64,000 nt of DNA from Candidatus Bathyarchaeia archaeon (GTDB taxonomy: Archaea > Thermoproteota > Bathyarchaeia > Bathyarchaeales > Bathycorpusculaceae), in the NCBI GenBank assembly GCA_049512935.1, contig JBEKWR010000002.1, positions 1 to 64,000 on the forward strand. Reading direction: 5' to 3'. A model generated the notes under the pieces. That model was given only the letters and a program-made list of their open reading frames with translations. It ran no database searches and was not told where the DNA came from. This document shows, in pieces, positions 48,277 to 58,048 of this stretch (its first letter is position 1; the number at the start of each line of letters is the position of its first letter). A program made the translations under genes and the position numbers.

Positions 48277-48675
48277 TTGAAAGAAGTCATCGACACAAGA
48301 TTCCTGGCAGAATATTCCAACAGCACAAAGTCAGACGTGATAGAGAAAACGCATCGAAAATTAGACAGCCTAATCTCAAAAAAAGAAGGGATACTTCCTA
48401 CCATAGTTATCGCTGAAATGATACAGATCACCTGCGGAAGACTTGGAAAGGACATGGCTGGAAGCGTTTATCAAGCCCTGATTCAGAGCGGACTGGAAAT
48501 TCAAAATTTAACTCCGCAGATCGCTCAGCAAGCGGGACTTTACAAGTGTGTACACAGAAATTTGCCGATGGGAGATTGTGTAATCGCAGCCACCGCCCTG
48601 TTGAACCATGCAAGAGTTCTGTCAGATGACGCCCATTACGACTGCATAGAGGAAATCAAACGAGTCTGGATCTGA
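48277..48675 (+). CDS. vapC: PIN-domain toxin
   Basis: VIDTRF, IAE, DCVIAATA, SDD.HY motifs. Confidence 0.9.
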   Translation: MKEVIDTRFLAEYSNSTKSDVIEKTHRKLDSLISKKEGILPTIVIAEMIQITCGRLGKDMAGSVYQALIQSGLEIQNLTPQIAQQAGLYKCVHRNLPMGDCVIAATALLNHARVLSDDAHYDCIEEIKRVWI

Positions 48676-48682
48676 CAAAAAC

Positions 48683-48760
48683 TGGTGGACGAGCCGGGAT
48701 TTGAACCCGGGGCCTCCACGATGCCAACGTGGCGATCATACCAGACTGATCTACTCGCCC
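48683..48760 (-). tRNA. tRNA-Ala(GGC), CCA encoded
   Basis: gggcgag/ctcgtcc acceptor stem with G3:U70; anticodon loop ttGGCat; ggttcaaatcc T-loop. Confidence 0.97.
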
Positions 48761-48927
48761 AAAGCAGCTGGCTTCTAAACTTTAATCCGCGTCATTTAAT
48801 AAGCGTTTCTTATGCATTTTAAAAAAGAAGCTTAAAGGCGGGCAATGGGCATTTTGTTCAATCGTTAATGTCGGCGTAGCTTTTTATAATGCAATCGCAA
48901 ATAGAGAAGCCAAGCAAGGTGCCACAT

Positions 48928-49980
48928 ATGCCCAAGGTTAAAGTTGCATTGATCGGTGTTGGAAACTGCGCCTCAGCCTTCATCCAAGGCGTCGTGTACT
49001 ACCAGAAATTCAGCAAACCTGAAGAGTTCGTCGGGCTGCGCAACCCAGTTTTGGCTGGTTTAAGCCCGAAGGACATCGCGGTTGTCGCCGCGTTTGACGT
49101 TGACGCCCGAAAGGTTGGAAAAGACGTTTCTGAAGCCATTTTTGCCGCGCCGAACAACGCGCCCAAAGTGGCTGATGTACCCGCGCTAGGTGTTAAGGTC
49201 GCTAAGGGTCCGCTGCTTGACGGGTTGGGAGATTCAACTAAAGCCATAGTTCAAGTCAGCAGTGCCCCCGATGCAGATGTCACTAAGGTTCTCAAGGCTG
49301 CGGGCGCTGAAGTTATGGTTAATTTGCTGCCGAGCGGAGCCTCACAAGCCACGCAGTGGTACGCCGAGCAGGCTTTGGCGGCGGGATGCGCATTCGTGAA
49401 CGCTACACCGACATTTATCGCGAGCGATGCGGCGTGGGCGAAACGGTTCAGCGACGCTAAACTGCCGCTTGCCGGCGACGACTTGATCGATCAGATCGGC
49501 TCAACCGCGCTGCACAAGACGCTTCTTAAGCTGCTCAGCGACTGCGGCGTAAAGATCGAAGAGACTTACCAGTTGGACGTCGGCGGCGGAACAGAATCCG
49601 TGGACACGATGGATCGCACGCGCGACGCTAAACGCCAAATCAAAACCGAGTCGGTGGCTGCCTCGCTACCGTACAAGGCTGAGGTTGTGGCTGGCAGCAC
49701 GGACTACGTGGATTTCCTGCAGAACAAGCGTGACAGCTACTTCTGGATAAGCGGCGTCTACTTCCTCAACGCGCCGATGAAGATCGACCTCAAATACCAA
49801 ACAGTCGACGCGCCCAACGCGGGCAGCGTGCTCTTCGACGTTGTCAGAGCCATGAAGCTTGCGCTTAGCAAGAAAGTTAAGGGCGCCGTGGAACCTGTCT
49901 GCGCTTACGGGTTTAAGCGTCCGCCGCAGATTGTCCCGATTGAAGTTGCCGACAAAGAATTCGCAAAGTTTGTCGCGTAA
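48928..49980 (+). CDS. ino1: myo-inositol-1-phosphate synthase family protein
   Basis: IGVGNCASA..QG, AAFDVDARKVGKD, GDD...QIG.T, YQL.VGG, D.PN motifs. Confidence 0.85.
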   Translation: MPKVKVALIGVGNCASAFIQGVVYYQKFSKPEEFVGLRNPVLAGLSPKDIAVVAAFDVDARKVGKDVSEAIFAAPNNAPKVADVPALGVKVAKGPLLDGLGDSTKAIVQVSSAPDADVTKVLKAAGAEVMVNLLPSGASQATQWYAEQALAAGCAFVNATPTFIASDAAWAKRFSDAKLPLAGDDLIDQIGSTALHKTLLKLLSDCGVKIEETYQLDVGGGTESVDTMDRTRDAKRQIKTESVAASLPYKAEVVAGSTDYVDFLQNKRDSYFWISGVYFLNAPMKIDLKYQTVDAPNAGSVLFDVVRAMKLALSKKVKGAVEPVCAYGFKRPPQIVPIEVADKEFAKFVA

Positions 49981-50076
49981 ACCACATCAAACACAAAATA
50001 GCTTTATCATGTACTGGGCAAATAAGCGAAAAATTAAAAACAGAACTATCCACTAAACGCTAAGGAGACAAGCCAA

Positions 50077-50373
50077 TTGGATACCATAAGAAGACACTTC
50101 CTTCTTTGCGTAATTGGAGGCGCTTTCTGTGTTGCCTTCGGACTTTGGGCTTCAATAGTCAACCCCACAGGCATCAGCAATGCGTACACTCTTCCAGAGT
50201 TCCCATTTTTTGGGGAAATCTTGGTGGTCTTTGGTTTATACTTTCTTTGGAAATACCTTCCACCATTTGCTCATTGGAAAGGCTTTTTAGGCTACATCAA
50301 ATGCCCACATTGTGGATCCCTTGTTAAAGAAGACGGGACTGTTTGCAAGTACTGTGGAAAAAAACTCGGTTAG
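50077..50373 (+). CDS. Small membrane protein with a C-terminal zinc ribbon
   Basis: Two TM helices, then CPHCG...CKYCG. Confidence 0.7.
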   Translation: MDTIRRHFLLCVIGGAFCVAFGLWASIVNPTGISNAYTLPEFPFFGEILVVFGLYFLWKYLPPFAHWKGFLGYIKCPHCGSLVKEDGTVCKYCGKKLG

Positions 50374-50470
50374 CAAAAGGCTCCAACTTGGATGACAAAT
50401 AACTTAACGATGTCCCATCGAGGATAGTCATATTAGGAAGAGTTTGCCTGAGTGACTAAAGTGTTACCGC

Positions 50471-51004
50471 ATGGAATTCATGAATGTCATAACTTCACGG
50501 AAAAGCGTCCGGGACTTTTTAGGCAAAGCGGTTGAGGAAGAAAAGTTGATGAAAATCTTGGAGGCTGCGAGGCTAGCGCCTTCCTGGGCTAACAAGCAAG
50601 GATGCAAATACGTTGTGGTAAAGAATAAATCTACAATCAACGAGTTAGCAACCGGGTTCACCAGTTGGCTAAGCGAGGCGCCCGTCATCTTGGCTGCGTG
50701 CATTGACCCCAAAGACTCCGGCTCGCACAACGGCATGGATTACTACCTTGTAGACGTGGGCATATCAATGCAGCAGCTTGTTTTGGCGGCAACGGACTTG
50801 GGGCTTGGAACCTGCTGGATAGGGGGATTCGACGAGGACAAAGTTAAGAAAGTTTTGGAGATACCAAGCAACATCAGGGTTGTTGCGTTGACTCCTATAG
50901 GGTACCCGGCACCAATGAGTGAGAGAAGCAAAACCGTGCGCGAATTCGTCAAGGCATTTCAAAGAAAGCCGCTGGAAAGCATGGTTCACCGAGAAAAATG
51001 GTGA
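50471..51004 (+). CDS. Nitroreductase family protein
   Basis: RKSVR.F, ARLAPSWANKQ, GLGTCWIG, IGYP motifs. Confidence 0.93.
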   Translation: MEFMNVITSRKSVRDFLGKAVEEEKLMKILEAARLAPSWANKQGCKYVVVKNKSTINELATGFTSWLSEAPVILAACIDPKDSGSHNGMDYYLVDVGISMQQLVLAATDLGLGTCWIGGFDEDKVKKVLEIPSNIRVVALTPIGYPAPMSERSKTVREFVKAFQRKPLESMVHREKW

Positions 51005-51024
51005 CGGACCTTCAGCGTTGACCG

Positions 51025-52125
51025 CTAAAGTTTTCGTAGTTCAGCCAGCACTTTTTCCCTGAACCCGTTATATTTCAGCGTGTCTTTGAGGTAGTTTATG
51101 GTTTTGACAGGAGTCGGGTCTACGCCGCGCAGCACCGCCAAGTAGACGCTTGCAAAGTCGCCGATCAGCGTAGTTGAAAGCATCCGTGCCAAGCGGCTTT
51201 TGCCTTGGGCTTGAACCTCAAGCAGACCAACACCCGCTTGTTCCATCAGCTCTTTCGTGATTTCTATCCTGCTCTGAATCGCAACTGGTTCCTCCTTGTC
51301 TCTTAAGAAAATCGCCGAAAAAGATTTAGCGAGCTCACCCGCGCGCTCCCAACCCACAATCTCGTTGTGGTTCAGTTCGCTGAAAACGTCCCATTTCGCT
51401 GGAACCTTGCTGTTCTCGTTGAACTGCTGCTTGTAACGCATAGCGACGCTGCGGTACATGCCGAACCCGTAGATGACAGGCGAGGTTTGCCCGATGTTTA
51501 AGGCTAAAGCTTTCGAGTAGTTTTCTACCGTTGCCTTCTCAGGCGCGTTGTCCACGCCGATTTTTTCGAGAAGCTGCACGGCTTCCGAAAGCTCCTCTAA
51601 GGCGCCCGAGACCAAACCCATCTTCTCCACGTAAACCAGAAGGGGAACCATCAGGTAGGGCAATGCCGCCCTTGGAGGCATGCCAGTTGGAACACGCAGG
51701 TACGGCACGTTTAGGCGTTCAGCGTTTTCAAGCAGGGCGCCTCCGCTGCTGACGCAGAAAATCATGCATTTCCGCTTCAACGCGTCAAGAAAGGCGCTGA
51801 GGGTTTCCTCGGTGTCGCCCGAGTAGCTTGTTATCAAAACGAGCGTTTTTTTGCCCGCGTACTCGGGAAGCTCGTATTCCCTGTTAACTTCAATGGGCAC
51901 GGCGGTTTGGTTTTTCGCCCAGTCCTTGAGGAGGTCGCCGCCGATTCCTGAGCCGCCCATTCCCGCGACAATTATGCTGCTCGGCTTAGGATAGTTGACT
52001 TTGACTTTGCCTGCTAACTCCTCAGCTTCACGGTAAAGCTTGGCGGAGTTAACGCAGAAGTTGACAGCGTTGCTCCTGTCTACCATCTTGATTTTTTGAA
52101 CATCGTCTAAAACGGGTGCAGCCAT
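51025..52125 (-). CDS. Bifunctional phosphoglucose/phosphomannose isomerase
   Basis: GMGGSG, SYSGDTEET, PRAA, R.K.Q.NENSK, ELNHNE, DP.PV..I..LK motifs. Confidence 0.93.
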   Translation of the reverse strand: MAAPVLDDVQKIKMVDRSNAVNFCVNSAKLYREAEELAGKVKVNYPKPSSIIVAGMGGSGIGGDLLKDWAKNQTAVPIEVNREYELPEYAGKKTLVLITSYSGDTEETLSAFLDALKRKCMIFCVSSGGALLENAERLNVPYLRVPTGMPPRAALPYLMVPLLVYVEKMGLVSGALEELSEAVQLLEKIGVDNAPEKATVENYSKALALNIGQTSPVIYGFGMYRSVAMRYKQQFNENSKVPAKWDVFSELNHNEIVGWERAGELAKSFSAIFLRDKEEPVAIQSRIEITKELMEQAGVGLLEVQAQGKSRLARMLSTTLIGDFASVYLAVLRGVDPTPVKTINYLKDTLKYNGFREKVLAELRKL

Positions 52126-52223
52126 TTCATGATTCCTCCAGTAACCCGCAATTTTATATCTAAAACCTTCCTTTTAAGCTCAGCGCAGAAGCATCAACCA
52201 AGCGGTAGGAAGCAAGAAAATTC

Positions 52224-53078
52224 GTGGATAAGAAGAAACTTACAATAGCCATTCCGGCGTCAACAGTCTCAGACACGCCTCATCTGAGGGAGAAAACCTC
52301 GAAGGTGGGATCGATCGGGCGGGCTGCGGCGATTTTCAGAGTGGACGAAATCATAGTTTACGCTGACAACCCTAAGGCTAACCAGGTGCGGGACCTGGAT
52401 TTCACCGCGCTTTTGCTGACTTATCTGGAGACGCCTCAGTACCTGCGCAGAAGACTCTTCAAACTTGAGCCTAACCTGCAGTACGCTGGAATTCTGCCGC
52501 CTCTGCGCACGCCTCCTCATCTTGTAAGCGGCAAAACAAGGGATTTGAAGGTCGGCGAGTACCGTGAAGGGGTCGTCGTTTCGAGGGCTAAGGACGGCTT
52601 GCTTGTGGACGTGGGCGTCGAGCAGCCAGCGATCCTAAGAGAAACCCAGCACGCGCAGGACGAACGCTTAACCCTGCAGGTCGTCAACGTTTCGGGGCGC
52701 GTTGAGGTCCAAACCGTAAACCGCAGCGACATAGAGGCTTACTGGGGCTTCAAGGTTCGCATGGAAAACAAGCCTTTCGGGCAGGTTGTGGCTGCAGGCG
52801 GGTTCGACTTGACAATTGCCACGGCTAGGCTCGGCGTCAACTTTAGAGAAGTTGCTGACAAGATCAGCGCGAAATGGAGCCAAGCCCACAGTGTTTTGGT
52901 CGCGTTTGGGGCGCCGTCGAGGGGTCTGCATGAAATCGCCGAAGACGAAGGCTTAAGGCTGGGGTCAATCGTCGACTTCGTCGTTAACACGATTCCTAAG
53001 CAGGGCACGGCGACGGTTAGAACTGAAGAAGCGCTGCTGGCTTCACTAGCCATCTTCAACGAACAATTTAACCATTGA
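52224..53078 (+). CDS. SPOUT-class RNA methyltransferase (MTH1/COG2106-like)
   Basis: RAAAIFRVDEI, ETPQYLR, AGILPPLRTP, FG.P..G, P.QGT.TVRTEEA motifs. Confidence 0.9.
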   Translation: MDKKKLTIAIPASTVSDTPHLREKTSKVGSIGRAAAIFRVDEIIVYADNPKANQVRDLDFTALLLTYLETPQYLRRRLFKLEPNLQYAGILPPLRTPPHLVSGKTRDLKVGEYREGVVVSRAKDGLLVDVGVEQPAILRETQHAQDERLTLQVVNVSGRVEVQTVNRSDIEAYWGFKVRMENKPFGQVVAAGGFDLTIATARLGVNFREVADKISAKWSQAHSVLVAFGAPSRGLHEIAEDEGLRLGSIVDFVVNTIPKQGTATVRTEEALLASLAIFNEQFNH

Positions 53079-53119
53079 ATCCCTAAAAAGAAGCCAAGCG
53101 TCTGCCCAGTCAGTTTTCT

Positions 53120-53701
53120 TTAGAGGCTGTTCTCTTTAATTTGCTTGTATCGGAAGCAAAACGTCAAGTGGTCGTTGACTAAACCTGCGGCTTGCATGAA
53201 AGCGTAGCATATTGTGGGTCCGACAAACTTGAACCCTCTCTTTTTCAGGTCTTGGCTCATTGCCCTTGACTCCTCTGTTTCCGCGGGCACATCTGCGAAG
53301 CTCTTGAAGCCGTTGTGGATTGTTTGTCCGCCCACGAACCGCCATATGTAGGTGTCGAAACTGCCGAATTCCTTTTGGACCTGCAGGAACTTTTCGGCGT
53401 TGTTTATGGCGGCTTTGATTTTCAGTTGGTTGCGAACTATGTTGGGTGTCGCCATTAATCTTTCAACGTCGAAGGCGGTGTATTTTGCGATTTTCTCGGG
53501 GTTGAAATTGTCGAAGGCTTTGCGGAAATGCTCTCTCCGCTGAAGTATAAGCAGCCACGTTAAGCCTGCCTGAAAACTGTCAAGGACTAAGAACTCGAAA
53601 AGCTTGCGGTCATCATGCAAGGGGATTCCCCATTCCTCGTCATGGTACTTAATGTAGAGCGGATTGGTTGTATCCCAGCATCTTCTCAGTGTTGAATCCA
53701 T
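53120..53701 (-). CDS. tag: DNA-3-methyladenine glycosylase I
   Basis: RC.W...YHDEEWG, FQAGL.W, GFKFVGPTI.YAFMQA.G.VNDH...C motifs. Confidence 0.95.
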   Translation of the reverse strand: MDSTLRRCWDTTNPLYIKYHDEEWGIPLHDDRKLFEFLVLDSFQAGLTWLLILQRREHFRKAFDNFNPEKIAKYTAFDVERLMATPNIVRNQLKIKAAINNAEKFLQVQKEFGSFDTYIWRFVGGQTIHNGFKSFADVPAETEESRAMSQDLKKRGFKFVGPTICYAFMQAAGLVNDHLTFCFRYKQIKENSL

Positions 53702-53825
53702 AAGGAGGGATAATTGCCTTGGTGTTTTTAAGGTTTAATCCAATGGCGACTCGGGGGCAAATGTCGGAAGGTTCTTTTCTGTTTTGGCTAAAGAAATAAA
53801 TGCGGCGCTGATAATTGCTCTGACT

Positions 53826-54989
53826 ATGGTCTACTTTGACATTGCCATGCCAATCACACTGTTTGTTGTGCTTGTCGTTGCTACGCTGCTAAACAAGCGT
53901 GTTGCTAGGAAACTGCAGTCAACTGTCGAAGAAAAAGAGCTCAGGACGAAGGATGTAATCCTCCTTGTAGTTTTCATGGCGATAGTGATTTCAGCCATAA
54001 CTTACTTTTCAATAGTTAATCCCGGTGCAATATTCGAAAATGTTCTGCTCATATTCTTCTTGTCCGCATACACCATGCTACTATTCACGATTTCCTACGT
54101 GTTCAGCAATATCCCCAAAGCAAGGGCGCAGTTGCTATCCGTCGGCTTCGGCGTGGCAAGCGCGATTTTGGGAGTAGCATGCGTGTTAGGCCCACTTCGA
54201 GATGCTTATACGATTTATAGGGTAGTGGCGTTTTTTGGGTTGACAGCCTTTTGTTTTGGCGTTGTAGTCTTTGAACAACTGAAGACTTATCCAAAGTCGA
54301 AATGGTATGTAGCTGCTCAGCCGCCGGCAATTTTCGTGCTATTATTTGTTTTTCTTAACTTCATCAATAATTCTGGCACTGTTGCATTATGGTATCCCGT
54401 TATTATGGATACTTTTGGGTTAACGTTTGCCGTCTTGATAATTCTGTATCTCAGCTCATTGTTCAGTTGGAAGACGGTGGGGCTCTTTGCCGTGCTCCTT
54501 ACAGCGATGGATATGATTCTGGTTTTCAGCGGGCCGATGGTTGCTGCTGCCAATACATTCACAGGTTTAGGCCTACCAGTTTTGGTATGGTTACCGAACG
54601 TTCCGCTGTTTCACTCTACGGCGGCAGGAAACATATTTGGGTTTGCACAAAATGGGCTTGGGCTAGGCGACTTTTTCTTTGCAGGAGTCTTAACAGTGCA
54701 AACATTCAACAAATTCGGCAGAAAAACCGCTTTCGCGGCTATTGTGGCTATTACTGTCGCATTTGCCCTTTGGGAAGCTTCTTTCCCATATACTCTGCCT
54801 GCGATAACCTCGTTCCTGAGGCTAAGTAAACCCCTTGAAGGTTTTCCAGCGACTGTATGTATCCTTAGCGGTTGGGCACCCATTATAGCCTTGAAGCTGC
54901 TTAGCGAAAGAAGAAAAGCATCGAAGATGCCGATTGTTAACCAACCGACTCAAACTTCCACCGAACAAAGCAGCTTGCCAACGCAATAG
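53826..54989 (+). CDS. Presenilin/signal-peptide-peptidase-like GxGD intramembrane protease
   Basis: Multiple TM helices; intramembrane MD, GLGLGDF, and FPAT at the PAL position. Confidence 0.7.
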   Translation: MVYFDIAMPITLFVVLVVATLLNKRVARKLQSTVEEKELRTKDVILLVVFMAIVISAITYFSIVNPGAIFENVLLIFFLSAYTMLLFTISYVFSNIPKARAQLLSVGFGVASAILGVACVLGPLRDAYTIYRVVAFFGLTAFCFGVVVFEQLKTYPKSKWYVAAQPPAIFVLLFVFLNFINNSGTVALWYPVIMDTFGLTFAVLIILYLSSLFSWKTVGLFAVLLTAMDMILVFSGPMVAAANTFTGLGLPVLVWLPNVPLFHSTAAGNIFGFAQNGLGLGDFFFAGVLTVQTFNKFGRKTAFAAIVAITVAFALWEASFPYTLPAITSFLRLSKPLEGFPATVCILSGWAPIIALKLLSERRKASKMPIVNQPTQTSTEQSSLPTQ

Positions 54990-55090
54990 ACGCGCTTTTT
55001 GGTTTTCAGTTTCTTAACTTTCAGCGTATAAAATGGAAAAATAATTGTTTTGGGGAAAAATTGTTATTTAAAAATAAGAGAGAGGCTGAT

Positions 55091-55417
55091 TTACCCGAAT
55101 AGGGCGCCTAATCCTTCTAACGCTGCTTCTTCTTTGGCTTTCTCTTCTTCAGCTTTCTTCTTCTTGTCCTCTGGAGCTGCTGCCGCTGGCTTTGCTTCTG
55201 CACCTGCCGCTGGAGCCGCAACTGGAGCCGCCGCCATCATCGTTGGTGCCGCCTTGATTGCCTCGTCAATGTTTACCTCGCTGAGTGAAGCGACGAGCGC
55301 TTTGACTTGAACCGCGTCAACGCTGATTCCTGCCGCTTTGAGAACGCTGGTTACTGAGTTTTCGTTTATTTCTTTCCCTGCCTTGTGAAGGAGCATCGCT
55401 GCGTAAATGTTTTCCAT
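55091..55417 (-). CDS. rpl12: 50S ribosomal stalk protein P1/L12
   Basis: [16 protein letters not shown], Ala-rich hinge, C-terminal GLGALFG. Confidence 0.97.
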   Translation of the reverse strand: MENIYAAMLLHKAGKEINENSVTSVLKAAGISVDAVQVKALVASLSEVNIDEAIKAAPTMMAAAPVAAPAAGAEAKPAAAAPEDKKKKAEEEKAKEEAALEGLGALFG

Positions 55418-55663
55418 ACCTTTTCACCTCTTCAACGGACTATTTTAACTTTTCAGTTGGTCAGACCCGCCTGTTTCGGGAAGGCTGGTCGTTACCTTGA
55501 ATCGGCAGTTGATTCTGCCACTTGCCGTTAGGAAAAAGACCCATTACCTTAAGAACCTTTCGTACATGAGTTGACTCCCATGACGTTTCCATTTTGAAAC
55601 CCGAAAAGCCCTCATAACGCTTATCTTTTAGACGCGCTACAATGGCAACGGGTTAATGATAAT

Positions 55664-56635
55664 ATGGGAAACGTTACGGTCGCCGTTCTCGGCGCTTTAG
55701 ATTACGGGGGCAGCATCGGCAAGAAAGGGACATCGACAGACATAACGTTCTACAACCTCAAGAGGGGCGAGGACACTGTTACCCTTATCGAGCCGACACG
55801 GTACCCTGAAAGGCTTGCGCCTTTGTTCTACGCTGTTTCGCTCTCGAAAAAAGCCATAGTCGTGGTTGACCAATTGGACGCTACCTTCGGCGAATGCCTC
55901 GTTATGCTTCAATGCTCAGACATAAAAAGCGGCTACTTCGTCCTAAGAAACTACATTCCTAAAGAAAAAATCGAGCCCCTCATCAAAGGAACCAGCCTTG
56001 AAAAATTCGAGTTCGTGGGCGACGACCCCAATTTTTTCCGAGAACAGCTCTTAGCTGAAGCCTCAGGGCAGAAACCCGTCGAAGTCGCGGCGGGGCAGCA
56101 GGCGGTCGGGACTGTTCCAGTTGACCACTCCTTCAACGTTAAAGGCGTCGGCGTCGTTGTGCTCGGCGTAGTTGCTTACGGGGCAGTGCAGAAACATGCA
56201 ACCCTAAACGCGTTGCCAGCCGGGAAGTCGGCGCAGGTCCGCTCGATACAGAAGCACGACGACGAGTTTGACGTGGCGGGCGAGGGCGACCGCGTGGGGC
56301 TTGCGTTGAAAAACATCGAAGTCGAAGATTTGGATCGGGGCGTAGTTTTAACAAATGACCCGTCAATCAAAGTTTCATCTAAGCTGGAAACGCAAGCGTC
56401 TCTCGTGAAGTATTGGCAGATGCCCATTAAGGAGGGAATGGTCATGCACGTTGGCCACTGGACGCAGTTCGTAACCGCCAAGGTCGAAGCCGTCAGCGAC
56501 GCGGGCGACTGGAGAAAACCATCGTTGACCTTAACGCTGGATAAACCGCTTGTCTACCACCCAAATGATAAAGCTGTCCTGATGTATTTGGAGGGCACCA
56601 AGCTCCGAGTGGCAGGGAACCTGACGCTATCTTAA
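55664..56635 (+). CDS. EF-Tu/SelB domain II-III protein with truncated G domain
   Basis: GKKGTSTDI, VDHSFNVKGVG.VVLG, RSIQ.HD, GDRVGLAL; lacks GHxDHGK and NKxD. Confidence 0.85.
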   Translation: MGNVTVAVLGALDYGGSIGKKGTSTDITFYNLKRGEDTVTLIEPTRYPERLAPLFYAVSLSKKAIVVVDQLDATFGECLVMLQCSDIKSGYFVLRNYIPKEKIEPLIKGTSLEKFEFVGDDPNFFREQLLAEASGQKPVEVAAGQQAVGTVPVDHSFNVKGVGVVVLGVVAYGAVQKHATLNALPAGKSAQVRSIQKHDDEFDVAGEGDRVGLALKNIEVEDLDRGVVLTNDPSIKVSSKLETQASLVKYWQMPIKEGMVMHVGHWTQFVTAKVEAVSDAGDWRKPSLTLTLDKPLVYHPNDKAVLMYLEGTKLRVAGNLTLS

Positions 56636-56649
56636 ATAAAACCAGTAGC

Positions 56650-57054
56650 ATGCATTCAGTTTGGAGAATCGATTTGCCTAAGAAAATAGCTCAACATGAC
56701 CCAGCGCCTCTCGAACGCCTATTTGGCTCATCCACGGCGCGGTTAATTGATTTCTTTACGCTATACGGTCAGTGGGACTACTCGAAAACAGACATAGCTG
56801 AAAACGCCGAAGTCAGCGTACGAACAGTTGCACGAGCTATTCCCTTCTTGGAAGAGCACGGAATGATAAAGAGGACTCGGATGGTAGGCAACGCGGAAAT
56901 GTACCAGACCAATAAGCAAAGCCCCATAATGCAGTATTTGAGCAAAGCTTCGCTGGCAATTGCAGATGTCGATGTGCGTCAAGAATTGAAGCGCCAAGGC
57001 TGCCTAAAAGAAGCTCAAACGAAGCAACATGAGATTAAACAAGTTGCCAAATAG
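56650..57054 (+). CDS. Winged-helix DNA-binding protein
   Basis: DYSKTDIAE.A.VS..TV..AI..LE..G.I..TR.VG.A.MY..N motif; start possibly 56674. Confidence 0.8.
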   Translation: MHSVWRIDLPKKIAQHDPAPLERLFGSSTARLIDFFTLYGQWDYSKTDIAENAEVSVRTVARAIPFLEEHGMIKRTRMVGNAEMYQTNKQSPIMQYLSKASLAIADVDVRQELKRQGCLKEAQTKQHEIKQVAK

Positions 57055-57334
57055 CCTTACTTAAAGACCTGATTCTTATACATTACAAAAACAAGAGTTA
57101 CCGCGAAGGGCTGCTTCTCTTTCCGCCGCGACTTTAAGCGCTAAAACCAAAATCGTATAGAAAATCTTAAGTTTCTCTTAATTTGTTAGGAAACGCTAAA
57201 CTTCGGTTCGGACAGCGGTTTAGCGATTGTAACCAAAGCAACCGCTATGTAGGTATGTAAAGATTTCACTTGTTTAATTAACGGTTTGATATGAAAAAGA
57301 TTTATTAATTGTAAACTACAAACTCGGCAATACC

Positions 57335-57988
57335 TTGAAACCAAAGAAGACTCCCTATTTGCAAACTCCAGATGTTCAACCAAACGATAGAAAAGGGTTT
57401 GCAGGTGTTCTTGGGGGAAAGCTGCGTTTTTTGGTTGTTTTCGCTGTTATTTACGGGTTAGTGTTTATTAATTATATTGACATTGCCTCGTCAGGTTTAG
57501 TGTACGGTTACCATTTATGGCTGGTTTTGATGTATTTTTTACCGTTCGTCGGCTTTTCAATGCTTAGCCTAAAGAATTGGAAGCTGACGGTTGGGTTGGG
57601 GCTTATCGCGTCGCTTATGAATGACGTGTTCTATCACTTCATGCAATACCTCGTTGGTTTGCCTACCAACTTGTCACGTTCCTACGATCTGTGGCTTATT
57701 CCCCAGAATGCACTCCTATTTCACATGAACTTAGGTTTCGCTGATGTACAGGTTATGTCATGGATGATGGCACTTTCCATCTACCTCAGAATCGCTGTTG
57801 TCGTCGGTTTGTTATGGAACTGGAACCTTGCAGGAAAATCCCCGATGGTAAGAAACGAAGAAGCGACCCCCAGGCTGGGTTTAGGTGGGTTAAATCGGAT
57901 ACCTTCCCGAATAAAACGCTTGCATAAACCTCACTCAATCAAGAATTTCGCGAAGAAAAAAGCGTCCACAAAAATGCTTGGTGACTGA
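57335..57988 (+). CDS. Hypothetical membrane protein
   Basis: About four hydrophobic helices. Confidence 0.7.
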   Translation: MKPKKTPYLQTPDVQPNDRKGFAGVLGGKLRFLVVFAVIYGLVFINYIDIASSGLVYGYHLWLVLMYFLPFVGFSMLSLKNWKLTVGLGLIASLMNDVFYHFMQYLVGLPTNLSRSYDLWLIPQNALLFHMNLGFADVQVMSWMMALSIYLRIAVVVGLLWNWNLAGKSPMVRNEEATPRLGLGGLNRIPSRIKRLHKPHSIKNFAKKKASTKMLGD

Positions 57989-58048
57989 TACTCGTCAAAA
58001 AAGAAAGCATAAATTAAGAACGCCCTCACCCATAAAAGCGGAAAAATT

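Noticed and set aside
55664-56635. True SelB and selenocysteine machinery
   Set aside because: The G motifs are missing, and no tRNA-Sec, selD or in-frame TGA selenoprotein was seen.
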